The position numbers and the translations under genes are program-made. Positions 53,248-62,561 of a DNA stretch of 64,000 nucleotides are shown here, in pieces (position 1 is the stretch's first letter; every line of letters begins with the position of its first letter). Under the pieces are notes generated by a model that searched no databases, was not told where the DNA came from, and worked only from the letters and a program-made list of their open reading frames with translations. The stretch lies in the IMG/VR virus record IMGVR_UViG_3300045988_148900, positions 64,001 to 128,000 of that record; one strand, written 5' to 3'. The stretch is from a virus.

Positions 53248-54414
53248 CTATGACACTTTCTTCTTAGAACCGCCGAGAGGCAAGCTAAACACCTTCGATA
53301 AGTCTCCCGTAACTGACAACTCGTCAAGAACATTCATGACATCAGCAGGAATGCCAAAAAAGTCGCAAACATCTAAAGAGCCAAAGAAATCGCCCGAAAC
53401 ATCCTCCTCGACAAACTCGACGGACGAAAAAACCGACGACGGCCAATCGTCAAAGATCAAATCAAACCTATCGCTCTCTACGGACTCCCGAATAAAAGCA
53501 TCTGGAGAAACACGACAGGTGCGTAAGGAGCACACAGGAACACCCTCCATAAGACCTACAATAAGACCATCTAAAATGTAAGCCAACGTGTCCTTAAAGA
53601 ACATCTTAAAGGCATCCGGGAAAACCAAACGACGAACATTAGCAGGCAAACCACAACGCAAGGCATTCACGAACTTCATAGTATACTCCCGGATGAGATC
53701 CACAACACCTATGAAAAGCGTAGAACATGGCCACTCGGACTGGATAGTATACGCCAAAGGAGAACCCGGAGTCTGAGTTAAAGAAACACCATCCAAAGCA
53801 CGACAAAGAGTCTTCATGACCCACACCTCCCACTCAGACGACACTACACCAACATGGGAATGTGTGCCCCTATCAAAAATACCTCGAAGCAAATCATTCG
53901 AAACGTCAATGCCAAGCTGGAATCCAAAGTCATACGGATGAACGACACTTAAATTAAGGCTCCCTAACAGGCAATCAATAATATCACTGGCATGTACCCC
54001 ATAAAGAAACGACGTCTGCAACTTAGCATGCTTAGTAGTGTCACCATACAAAACTAAGTTCTCAAGAAGAGCCTTGAAGCCCTCAACTGAATCAATACGA
54101 CCATCACCAAAAAGAACCGAAAAGATGACATTATGAGTAGCCGTAAACATTACCACCCAAGTACCACGATCCGGATAATCATCAGACGGATCAGGAGTGA
54201 AAAAGCCTATACTCCCAGCAGATAAGTACCGAAACGCCCGAACCCCATCGACATCTGCCTCGAAATAATCCATAACAGAACTGTTCAACCCATCAGAATG
54301 AGCGATAAACCAGTCGGAAACCTTCTTCATCTGAGCCTGAACAGAATCTAAGGTGAAGTCCTCCTTAAACAGAAAGCAACACCCGTCCACCGGACGACTT
54401 GCAAGATCACTCAT
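53248..54414 (-). CDS. hypothetical protein
   Basis: 388 aa from the ATG at 54414 (MSDLASRPVDG...). 8-nt ATGAGTGA overlap with the upstream stop. Confidence 0.6.
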   Translation of the reverse strand: MSDLASRPVDGCCFLFKEDFTLDSVQAQMKKVSDWFIAHSDGLNSSVMDYFEADVDGVRAFRYLSAGSIGFFTPDPSDDYPDRGTWVVMFTATHNVIFSVLFGDGRIDSVEGFKALLENLVLYGDTTKHAKLQTSFLYGVHASDIIDCLLGSLNLSVVHPYDFGFQLGIDVSNDLLRGIFDRGTHSHVGVVSSEWEVWVMKTLCRALDGVSLTQTPGSPLAYTIQSEWPCSTLFIGVVDLIREYTMKFVNALRCGLPANVRRLVFPDAFKMFFKDTLAYILDGLIVGLMEGVPVCSLRTCRVSPDAFIRESVESDRFDLIFDDWPSSVFSSVEFVEEDVSGDFFGSLDVCDFFGIPADVMNVLDELSVTGDLSKVFSLPLGGSKKKVS

Positions 54415-55336
54415 TAGACGGCAAGAAATTAAGAACAACAGGCGACAACGAGTTACCCCACTCCACGGACGTAGACCGAAGATGAACCAATAATGACTCC
54501 ACAAAAGCATCCGTGAACTTCGACATAGTACTTTCGAGAGTATAAAGAGTATGTGCCTCAAAAGCCTTATCGAAACGACGATAAACAGACTCGTACATCA
54601 AACGCAAAAAACGAAGCATCATCATAACCTCCTCCGGATGAGTGTCAAGCCGCAACTCAGAGTAAGTGCTATAAAACAAAGGACAAACCTTCTCCATGAA
54701 AAAGTCTAACCCCTCCAAAGACGACGAACCAGCATCCATAGGAACTCTAAAGGTAGACATCAGACCAAAGAAATTAACCATCGAGAGCACACTGAAATAC
54801 TCAGCGCATACCTCTGCGCATACCACAGCATTGGCATTGGCCAATGCAGGAATACACACATCCGGAGCAGCAGTAGCCTCAAGATTTATATTCCTGAAAA
54901 CCCTACTCGTCCTGCCTCGCAAACGAGAACGGTAAACATCCTCCTGATGGCCCATGATATCACGATAAGAACCCCCGGAAACCCACCGCCGAAGCGTATG
55001 AAGATATTTCAAAGGCTCAGAACCCGAATGATGGAACTCAAAAATAAAGTAACCCCTATTGCACTTCAGTAAAACACGCCAAAAAACAAACTCAGACGAT
55101 TCCGGCGAGCTAAGCGTATACTTCCGAGCCCAGATGCCCTCTTGAGGTAAACAGACAAAATTACCCACATGTAAGCCCGCAATGGGCATGGAATCCTCAC
55201 TGCAATTAGCCGCCTCCCACCGAAGAACATCGAGCATCTCTGCAATAATAACATCCCGAGAAGTCGATAAGTCCCAACGACGATAAATATCACACCTAAA
55301 AGGATATGATCCTAAAACCTCTTCGCACATGACCAT
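54407..55336 (-). CDS. hypothetical protein
   Basis: 309 aa, ATG verified. Confidence 0.65.
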   Translation of the reverse strand: MVMCEEVLGSYPFRCDIYRRWDLSTSRDVIIAEMLDVLRWEAANCSEDSMPIAGLHVGNFVCLPQEGIWARKYTLSSPESSEFVFWRVLLKCNRGYFIFEFHHSGSEPLKYLHTLRRWVSGGSYRDIMGHQEDVYRSRLRGRTSRVFRNINLEATAAPDVCIPALANANAVVCAEVCAEYFSVLSMVNFFGLMSTFRVPMDAGSSSLEGLDFFMEKVCPLFYSTYSELRLDTHPEEVMMMLRFLRLMYESVYRRFDKAFEAHTLYTLESTMSKFTDAFVESLLVHLRSTSVEWGNSLSPVVLNFLPSNE

Positions 55337-55353
55337 TAAAAATGATTGTTAAA

Positions 55354-55572
55354 TTAATCGTCGGCGCATAAAGCCTTGCCGCGACGACCTCGGTGGTATC
55401 CACGTAAAGAAGCAAGCTCCTCAAGACGAGAACAACGCTCGCGAACAGAGGCAAGATACAAACCCAACTCCTCAGCAGTCATGAAAAAAGTGTAATTATC
55501 GCTCTTAGTCCAAATACTCTGCGCCATAGACTCTGCAATACCCGGAGCCTCCCTCTCTGCACCAAAACTCAT
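55354..55572 (-). CDS. hypothetical protein
   Basis: 72 aa from the ATG at 55572. The track start is TTG. Confidence 0.5.
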   Translation of the reverse strand: MSFGAEREAPGIAESMAQSIWTKSDNYTFFMTAEELGLYLASVRERCSRLEELASLRGYHRGRRGKALCADD

Positions 55573-55581
55573 AAACAACTC

Positions 55582-56163
55582 CTAAAAGTTAACACCCACA
55601 TTAAGAGTCCAAGCATACTTATCATCGAACCGAATGCCTCCCAGACCCACCTTATACTTCTGCCGGAAATCCAAGCCCACAAAGCCTGTCTGTGTCCGGA
55701 AATCCAAACTCGTGCCCACCATAACCCACGGCGTAAGCAACCGAGGCTTGGAAACAACCTCACGGACAGTCATAACCTCCTTAAATAAAGGAACAATGTC
55801 TGCCGACGCTGCCTGAATCTCATTCTCGGAAACAACACACCGAACCTTAAAAGTCCCCGTCGTATCTGTACTGAAGTCCAACTCATAATGATATCGAGCA
55901 AAGTACTTCGACAAGACGGCAACGGTGTCAACCGGAACATAGACGGGAACACCAACCGTATCAACCCGCAAAGGACTGCCCTTATCAATGAAAACCGGAG
56001 TCGGCTTGTCGAAAGTAATCTTCACAGGAACACCCGGAAGATACTTCACGACCGTAGACTCCGTAACACTTACTGAACGAACCCCAAGATAGTAACCACT
56101 ACCAAAAAGTAGGGCTAAACCCAGAAGCACGCAGACAAACTCCCATATATTACTACGTTTCAT
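55582..56163 (-). CDS. membrane-anchored protein
   Basis: 193 aa with an N-terminal signal-anchor, MKRSNIWEFVCVLLGLALLFGSGYYL. Confidence 0.6.
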   Translation of the reverse strand: MKRSNIWEFVCVLLGLALLFGSGYYLGVRSVSVTESTVVKYLPGVPVKITFDKPTPVFIDKGSPLRVDTVGVPVYVPVDTVAVLSKYFARYHYELDFSTDTTGTFKVRCVVSENEIQAASADIVPLFKEVMTVREVVSKPRLLTPWVMVGTSLDFRTQTGFVGLDFRQKYKVGLGGIRFDDKYAWTLNVGVNF

Positions 56164-56194
56164 GTAGTAAGTAAACGTAAACTACAACACTAAA

Positions 56195-56437
56195 TTACAC
56201 CATCAACCTCAAACCACCCTCTGTCATACCTAAAGCGTACTCTCTGGCTTCGATATCAGATAACCCAGAAGCAATAGCAGAATCAAACCACCCCCAGAAA
56301 TACTCCTGAATTTCAGGACTCCAAGACATAATACACTTATCAATACAATCCATATACATGAGATTAAAAACAAGACCCGAAACTCCCAAGACAGAAGAAT
56401 CAGGTCCTGAATAATATGACAATAAAAGGCTACTCAA
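56195..56437 (-). CDS. hypothetical protein
   Basis: 80 aa. TTG start in an 8-nt overlap (TTGAGTAG) with the upstream stop. No upstream in-frame ATG. Confidence 0.4.
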   Translation of the reverse strand: MSSLLLSYYSGPDSSVLGVSGLVFNLMYMDCIDKCIMSWSPEIQEYFWGWFDSAIASGLSDIEAREYALGMTEGGLRLMV

Positions 56438-56969
56438 AAGTCATAACCAAAGGCTCCGGATACCCAACAGTAAAATTATAAGATTGAACCGCCGTGACAT
56501 CCTTCAAAGCCTTGATGGTTATCTCATGCTTACGAGTAACACCGTAAGTGGCCATAGCATACGCCTCCAGCTTAGACAGGAAGTCTTTAAGCTGAACACA
56601 CGTAAGTATGACTTGAGAACCATCGAAGCCATAGAGTGTAAACTCAACATCATCAGCTGAGTCCTGAGCCTGCAGCCGGAACAAAGACCGAGACGACTTA
56701 CCAAGCCAAAGATTAACCCCATTAACACTACAAGTGTTTACCTCCTCGCTACTATCATAAGCATAGAGACCCGCAAGGGCTACCGCCTTTGCATCCTCTA
56801 AGATAATTACCGGATCACGAAGAACAGGACGACCATCCTCATCCTCTACAATCTCCTTACCTTTAGACTGACCATCCAACAGCGACTGCCACTCCTCATC
56901 CGTAAGCTCTATGCCATTTTTAATCTTGACGTCGTAAAAACCACCGTCGCCTTTCTTCCACCACATCAT
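56430..56969 (-). CDS. tail-fibre-associated protein (DUF4376-like)
   Basis: 179 aa. The N-terminus ...IELTDEEWQSLLDGQSKGKEIVEDEDGRPVLRDP is typical of fibre-neighbour proteins. Lies downstream of the tail fibre. Confidence 0.4.
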   Translation of the reverse strand: MMWWKKGDGGFYDVKIKNGIELTDEEWQSLLDGQSKGKEIVEDEDGRPVLRDPVIILEDAKAVALAGLYAYDSSEEVNTCSVNGVNLWLGKSSRSLFRLQAQDSADDVEFTLYGFDGSQVILTCVQLKDFLSKLEAYAMATYGVTRKHEITIKALKDVTAVQSYNFTVGYPEPLVMTFE

Positions 56970-57008
56970 AACTATGTAAATTTTTTAACAATCACCCTGT
57001 ATTAACGT

Positions 57009-57227
57009 CTATGCTATTCCTAACTTCGTCTTCAGCTGAGCAATAAAGTCTACATCCTCAAGCAACTCGTCAGCCGACTTTACCCCGATATTTGTACGAG
57101 CCTGTTGCTTTTGAACATCTGTTAGATCTTGACTTACATTATATCTTACAGAATCAAAATGCAAGTCTGTGGCACTAACAGCTGTGAACTGTTTAGTACT
57201 TATATTATAGGAAAATTGACTAACCAA
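57009..57227 (-). CDS. orphan fibre-motif ORF (no ATG)
   Basis: 72 codons containing LTDVQKQQARTNIGV, the module-initial motif of the tail fibre. The only candidate start is TTG. Confidence 0.3.
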   Translation of the reverse strand: MVSQFSYNISTKQFTAVSATDLHFDSVRYNVSQDLTDVQKQQARTNIGVKSADELLEDVDFIAQLKTKLGIA

Positions 57228-57256
57228 ACTAACACCACTCCAAGCATTAAAGTATA

Positions 57257-60200
57257 TTATATTATATTATTAGAATAGACTGATTTAAGAAATACAGAAG
57301 CTTTTGAATAACTCTCAGGAGTATTGGTTAAAACTATACCATTGGCATTCTCAACAACGGCAGCCGTAGAATCATCCAAAATCGTACCCAGTAAAGAATA
57401 ATCTACCTGTACGAAGTCTAAACCTATATTAGATAAGACCGTATTTTTTTGAGTATCAGTAAGATTCTGACCTTCACTATACCTTACAACATCAGTAGCA
57501 TAACCAGCCGAAATCAAAGAAAGTTTTTTGCTGGTATGAGATAAAGTCAGAACAAACCAAACTCTTGCGTTAAACTCGCTGACAAAAGTAGTAGTAACAG
57601 TATTAGAACTACCCACAAAATACAAAGATGGCGCATTATTTCCATCCGGGACGTTCTCTAAAAACACACCTTTAGCGGTCAGTAACTTATTATAAGTACT
57701 ATCATCCAACGTAGAGCCAATCAGTGAATAGTCTACGTGCACCAAAGGAAGCCCGATATTAGACAGGGCCATGTCTTTTTGAGTATTGGTTAGATTCTGA
57801 TTCAAATTACTTACTACTAACTTTGATGTCTGAACTAAGCTAAGTGTCTTATTCGGAATGTTCAAAACAAAATAATTTATATCCTGAAAATTCTCGATAG
57901 AAGAAAAAGTAATAGTACTGACTAATTTTGACCCAACAGTAAATACTACTGAGCGTATGTAATCATCAGGAGTATTAGTCAAGATAATCCCTTTGGCATT
58001 TACAAGCTGAGACAGTCTATCGTCGGATAAAGTAGTCGCTAATTCAGAGTAATCTACAATGACAAAATCAAGACCTATATTAGACAAAGCCGTATCCTGC
58101 TGCGATGTGGTTAAATTCTGAACCTCGGCGTATCTTACCGAACCTCCATAAGTTAAACCGGAACTTAGACCTGACAATAATTTTGTAGACTTGTTAAGTG
58201 CGAATATAGAATACGTATTTCCCGTAACAAAGCTTACGAAGATACAAGACCCAGATGTATTATTGCCTTTAATGAAAACCGTCGGATTCCTGTAATCGGA
58301 TGGTGTATCAACTAAAACAATACCTCGGGCATTATCAACAACTGCAAGCATCTCGTCCGACAGTGTAGTACCCAAAAGAGAGTACGGAATTCTAACAAGA
58401 TCAATACCTATGTTGCCCAAGGCTTTATTCTTATTATCATCAGAAACACTACTCTGATCACGATCAAAAGAAACCGCACTCGGATCGTATAAGTATGCGA
58501 AACTCGAAGTAATAACCCCGGTCGCCTCATTGACATTCAAAGCCGTACAGAAACTGTTGCTGAACTGTCCGTAAAAACGACGGCTACCACCTGACGTGAT
58601 AGAAAAATTATAGAGTAAGCCTGTCTCCTGCACCAATAAGGCGGTGGCCGAAAGACGTGCGGCTTTCTCATCGTCCGAAACAGCATCCGAGGAACCAATA
58701 GCAGACTCCGAGATCACATGAACCTTCCAACCTAAATTCTCGAACGCCTGTGATTGTTGTGCACCCGACAAAGAAGTAAGACGATCAAACCTGAGGGCTC
58801 CTGGATCATTTAAAAACAAATTACCATTAAAAACAAATGTTTTCGACGCCTTCTTATAGGAACAATATAAAGCCAAAGTATTAGACCACAGGCTATAAAA
58901 AATAGGCTCGGGTACACTCGCAAAATTGGAAGATGTGAAAATATGATTATCTGCATTATATATACCCACGCCAGTATTAGTACCATCAACAGTCAGTAAA
59001 ACAGCAGCTCCTGCCAGTAACTTAGCATCCTCCTCATCCGTGAGAACGACAGACGTTGCACCCTCCGGGAATTTTAATACAACCAAGTCTAAACCTAAGT
59101 TTGACCAAGCCTGCTCCTGCTGCGCACTCGTCAAAGCTGGATTTTGGACGGTAAAATGCAAGCTCAAAGCATCTTGAAAATTGTAGCTATTAAGAGCAGA
59201 CACCACGCCCGTAGATCGTGTAATAGATAGTATCGCAATAATAGAATTAGACACAGAACGAGTGAAAGTAATCCTATTCGAATCTAAAGTCCCCAATAAA
59301 AACAAATCCCCCGTATCAGTAAACAGAAGAACCTTAGAAGCAGCTACCTGTTCTATTTCCTCCGCCGATAAAGTAGACCCTAAAAAGCTACTATCCGTAA
59401 CATAGACCTTCATGCCTAAGTTGGCAAACGCCTGTGCCTGTTCAGTAGCAGACAGAGTCTGCATTTTTATAGATACCGCATTAGGATCTATGAAACTTGC
59501 CGAAGTAAGAAAACGAAATAGTTTAGTGGACTTAGTGTAAATACACTGTAAAATATATCTGTTGTTTCTTACTGCCCAAAAACTTACTTGATCCCCTCCT
59601 TGATAGTCACTAAAATATATTTTAGTAAGTACCTCTTTGCCCGCAGCTACCGTGCCACGCAAGATAACTCCTTTACACGACAACAATCTATCCTCCTGAT
59701 CATCGGTAAGTGTCGCCTGACCATTGACAAGATCGATAATCATCAGGTCAGCACCTATATTTTCCAATGCTTGATTCTGAGCCGAAAGACTCAAAGACTG
59801 GGCAATATCCGTCCTAACCACCTTCGAGGCAAAATCAGCAGACGTGACATGATCATTGATGCGCGCCTGAAGATCAACAGAAAGACAATCCCAGTCAATG
59901 GAATTCTTAAGAACCGTGGCATGGATGACATTATTCTCGTCTATAGAAATCTGAATCCGATCGCCAATAGAACCAACATATTCCTTGACAAAGGCACTAA
60001 CCGGAATACTCGTGGTAGTACCATCAGCATTATCAAACTCAATGCTCTCGGTCTCTGCGTTATAACGTAAGGCCAGCTGCTCGATAGGCAAGTCAATCTC
60101 TACAGACGCACCAGCAAGAGTCGTGAACGTAATCTTATAAGACGACGAATCGTAAGCCGGAAGACCTACACAAGTATTAAGCAACTCGCGAATGTCAGCA

Positions 60201-60979
60201 TGAGAAGTAGACGACGTATTATGAATAGATATGCTCTCCGTAACAGACTCCAAAGACGCCTTCTTACTCAACTCCTCCGTAACAGACGCCTGTGACATGA
60301 TAAGATTAGAACTATTACCAGTCGTATCTACAACAGCATCAACACCAACCTTCTGGAGAAGCTCCTCAGTAACGGCATTCTGAGACAGGACAGCAGTAGT
60401 ACTGTTACCCGGACCCTGAACAATCTCAAAAATATCAACCTGATCTGCAATATACTGCTTGAGGTTATCCGTAGTGACAAAACCACTCAGAAAATCTATA
60501 ACCTCAGGAAGCGTGTCGATGCTCAAATCAGGAACTGCCGTAAACGAGTCAATAGTATAATCAAGATTCTGTGACAGCTCCGTGGAATTGAACGTCTTAT
60601 ACTTCATCTCCCCAATAGCCCCAACCTGAGAAATAAAGAGTAAGTCCTTCTCGTAAAGATAAGACACCGTAAGCAAGATAGGATAATATCCGGCAGCCCG
60701 CAAGGACAAAACCAAAATGCTATTCTCCTGCCCAAGAACGACTGACAAATAAAAAGCATCTGAAACCCCCGAAGCCATAGGCTCCGAGTCTACAACACCA
60801 TCTACGCTCCGATAAACATCATACATGACAGAACTGCCAAACGACTGACATATACGAAGTAATACCGACTTCTCCTGAAAGGACAATGAAAGTGATTGGG
60901 CTGTAGAAGCAACTAAACCCGCAACGGCACTCATCTGAGCAACAGGACTCTCCAAGGGACGATAAGTTACAAGAGACAT
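57257..60979 (-). CDS. modular tail fibre protein
   Basis: 1240 aa from the ATG at 60979. Eight tandem modules each begin L(T/S)xxQ(K/Q)xxAxxN(I/L)G (e.g. LTDTQKNTVLSNIGLDF). The N-terminal region has (S/T)Q(N/A)(A/S)VTEEL repeats. Confidence 0.8.
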   Translation of the reverse strand: MSLVTYRPLESPVAQMSAVAGLVASTAQSLSLSFQEKSVLLRICQSFGSSVMYDVYRSVDGVVDSEPMASGVSDAFYLSVVLGQENSILVLSLRAAGYYPILLTVSYLYEKDLLFISQVGAIGEMKYKTFNSTELSQNLDYTIDSFTAVPDLSIDTLPEVIDFLSGFVTTDNLKQYIADQVDIFEIVQGPGNSTTAVLSQNAVTEELLQKVGVDAVVDTTGNSSNLIMSQASVTEELSKKASLESVTESISIHNTSSTSHADIRELLNTCVGLPAYDSSSYKITFTTLAGASVEIDLPIEQLALRYNAETESIEFDNADGTTTSIPVSAFVKEYVGSIGDRIQISIDENNVIHATVLKNSIDWDCLSVDLQARINDHVTSADFASKVVRTDIAQSLSLSAQNQALENIGADLMIIDLVNGQATLTDDQEDRLLSCKGVILRGTVAAGKEVLTKIYFSDYQGGDQVSFWAVRNNRYILQCIYTKSTKLFRFLTSASFIDPNAVSIKMQTLSATEQAQAFANLGMKVYVTDSSFLGSTLSAEEIEQVAASKVLLFTDTGDLFLLGTLDSNRITFTRSVSNSIIAILSITRSTGVVSALNSYNFQDALSLHFTVQNPALTSAQQEQAWSNLGLDLVVLKFPEGATSVVLTDEEDAKLLAGAAVLLTVDGTNTGVGIYNADNHIFTSSNFASVPEPIFYSLWSNTLALYCSYKKASKTFVFNGNLFLNDPGALRFDRLTSLSGAQQSQAFENLGWKVHVISESAIGSSDAVSDDEKAARLSATALLVQETGLLYNFSITSGGSRRFYGQFSNSFCTALNVNEATGVITSSFAYLYDPSAVSFDRDQSSVSDDNKNKALGNIGIDLVRIPYSLLGTTLSDEMLAVVDNARGIVLVDTPSDYRNPTVFIKGNNTSGSCIFVSFVTGNTYSIFALNKSTKLLSGLSSGLTYGGSVRYAEVQNLTTSQQDTALSNIGLDFVIVDYSELATTLSDDRLSQLVNAKGIILTNTPDDYIRSVVFTVGSKLVSTITFSSIENFQDINYFVLNIPNKTLSLVQTSKLVVSNLNQNLTNTQKDMALSNIGLPLVHVDYSLIGSTLDDSTYNKLLTAKGVFLENVPDGNNAPSLYFVGSSNTVTTTFVSEFNARVWFVLTLSHTSKKLSLISAGYATDVVRYSEGQNLTDTQKNTVLSNIGLDFVQVDYSLLGTILDDSTAAVVENANGIVLTNTPESYSKASVFLKSVYSNNII

Positions 60980-60999
60980 GCGCAACACAATTATTTAAC

Positions 61000-61013
61000 G
61001 GATATATAATTGC
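61000..61013 (-). promoter_or_regulatory. phage promoter-like motif copy (GCAATTATATATCCGTTAAATA)
   Basis: Exact 14-nt core, 20 nt before the tail fibre ATG and just after the terminator at 61046-61074. Confidence 0.5.
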
Positions 61014-61045
61014 TACCCCACCCTACAGACATTAAAACATAACTA

Positions 61046-61074
61046 ACAAAAGCAGACCACATTAAAGTGATCTG
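61046..61074 (-). terminator. rho-independent terminator
   Basis: Minus strand CAGATCAC-TTTAAT-GTGGTCTG (8 bp including one G-U pair) followed by CTTTTGTT. Confidence 0.5.
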
Positions 61075-61088
61075 TAACTCCTACGTAA

Positions 61089-61343
61089 CTAACTCTCCTG
61101 TCGCATCCGTCGAAGAACTTCCTGCCACTCGCAATCCATGTCGCGCCAATAGGTATAACCCTCCGGAGTCATACAAAACTGAAAGGCCTCGAGAATGTAA
61201 AAAGGAGGCCGACTGACCGGATCACAAACATAGGAATGAAAAGACTGACGACCCAAATTAAACGTGAACTTCTCGAAAGCTCCTCGATCCTTCAGAAAGG
61301 ACTCAAATGCAATAACAAATCTGTTGTTAACAAGCATGACCAT
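61089..61343 (-). CDS. hypothetical protein
   Basis: 84 aa, ATG verified. Confidence 0.55.
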   Translation of the reverse strand: MVMLVNNRFVIAFESFLKDRGAFEKFTFNLGRQSFHSYVCDPVSRPPFYILEAFQFCMTPEGYTYWRDMDCEWQEVLRRMRQES

Positions 61344-61467
61344 TAATAGCTAACCCAAGTGAATGTCAACAAAAAGCATCGGCGTGAAGACAGTATTAAA
61401 CAAATAAGCAATATCCTAACAGTGAGCCGACTCGACAACTCGGATGATACGTAAAACTCTAAAATGC

Positions 61468-61938
61468 CTACTCAACGTGAATTTGAATCCCACGACCAGA
61501 ATCCCACGTAGACTTCAAAAGAGAGTACAACTTCTTAAACGTCTCACTGCTCTGCATGACTGCACCTACAACCGTATTGCGACCCACAAGAATACAACCA
61601 TCCGTATCCTCCGGATAATTGCCGATATGAATGAGAATGCCCTCAAAGCCCGGAACCCCTACCAAACGTGGCAAGTAACCATCACAGAACGAATACTGAG
61701 CACGCTGAGAATACTTAGGTGACTTAACGTTCAATGTGACAGAATAAGTACCACGAGGAATAGCTGTCTTACCATAAACCTTCTTCGAAGCAATCTCCGA
61801 CTCTGACATGTCAGCGGTAAGACCCCTATCCACATCCTCCATCGTGTCGCAGAAAAACTCACCATCGACATACAATTTCCCGATGGTATACTTCGGTCCC
61901 TTAAAATGCCGATCCAAAAACAAATGCAAGTCTTCCAT
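61468..61938 (-). CDS. DUF5675-like protein (possible cell-wall-active enzyme)
   Basis: 156 aa. YTIGKLYVDGEFFCDTMED and GILIHIGNYPEDTDGCILVG. The H..G...D.GC segment is reminiscent of YkuD-type catalytic motifs. Confidence 0.45.
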   Translation of the reverse strand: MEDLHLFLDRHFKGPKYTIGKLYVDGEFFCDTMEDVDRGLTADMSESEIASKKVYGKTAIPRGTYSVTLNVKSPKYSQRAQYSFCDGYLPRLVGVPGFEGILIHIGNYPEDTDGCILVGRNTVVGAVMQSSETFKKLYSLLKSTWDSGRGIQIHVE

Positions 61939-61943
61939 ATCCT

Positions 61944-62561
61944 CTATTCACTAAATGTTGCTGATATGCCATAGAAACCAACCGCCTTGCCATAACACAA
62001 GGCCACACGTGCAAGATGATCTACACCCGGAGGAGTCGTAGGCTTATTAAGTGTTAAAGCCACAGATACATCCCACACTCCAGCAGTAGAAGACTCAGCA
62101 TAAGTAATAGCTCCTACTGAAACCCAGTAATCAGAAGCCACAAGCGCAGGTGCATGGCGCACAAAAGTAGTGCCGAGATCGTAGATAGAAGCTGACAACG
62201 TATCAACATGAGCTAAAAAATTGGGATATGATACTGTGAACTTAGCAACCTGCGTGGATGGATTATCACTATAAACATGCACATACTTATTCGACGCCGT
62301 ACCTGTAATAACAACACCACCCTGTGTGAAGGTTAAAACCGACGGTGTAAAACCAGACGGAGGACTCGTCAAGTCAAAAGTGAGACGCATCGTGCGGGTA
62401 TAAGACGTCAGATTATCTGTATACGACAAGGAAACAGACTTATTAAGAACATCCTGTGACGGGACGACCGTCACAACATCATCCGTACCATCATTCCATG
62501 GAATAGATAATGGCCCAGTGACCGATAAAACCTTAGCTTGTTTAACTATTCTTTGTGACAT
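61944..62561 (-). CDS. hypothetical protein (tail-module neighbourhood)
   Basis: 205 aa from the ATG at 62561 (MSQRIVKQAKV...). 20-nt overlap with the upstream gene. Confidence 0.55.
   Translation of the reverse strand: MSQRIVKQAKVLSVTGPLSIPWNDGTDDVVTVVPSQDVLNKSVSLSYTDNLTSYTRTMRLTFDLTSPPSGFTPSVLTFTQGGVVITGTASNKYVHVYSDNPSTQVAKFTVSYPNFLAHVDTLSASIYDLGTTFVRHAPALVASDYWVSVGAITYAESSTAGVWDVSVALTLNKPTTPPGVDHLARVALCYGKAVGFYGISATFSE

Noticed and set aside
40973-60979. Diversity-generating retroelement targeting the BACON-like or tail-fibre genes.
   Set aside because: No reverse transcriptase ORF is present. No template/variable repeat pair with adenine-specific mismatches was seen in this window.
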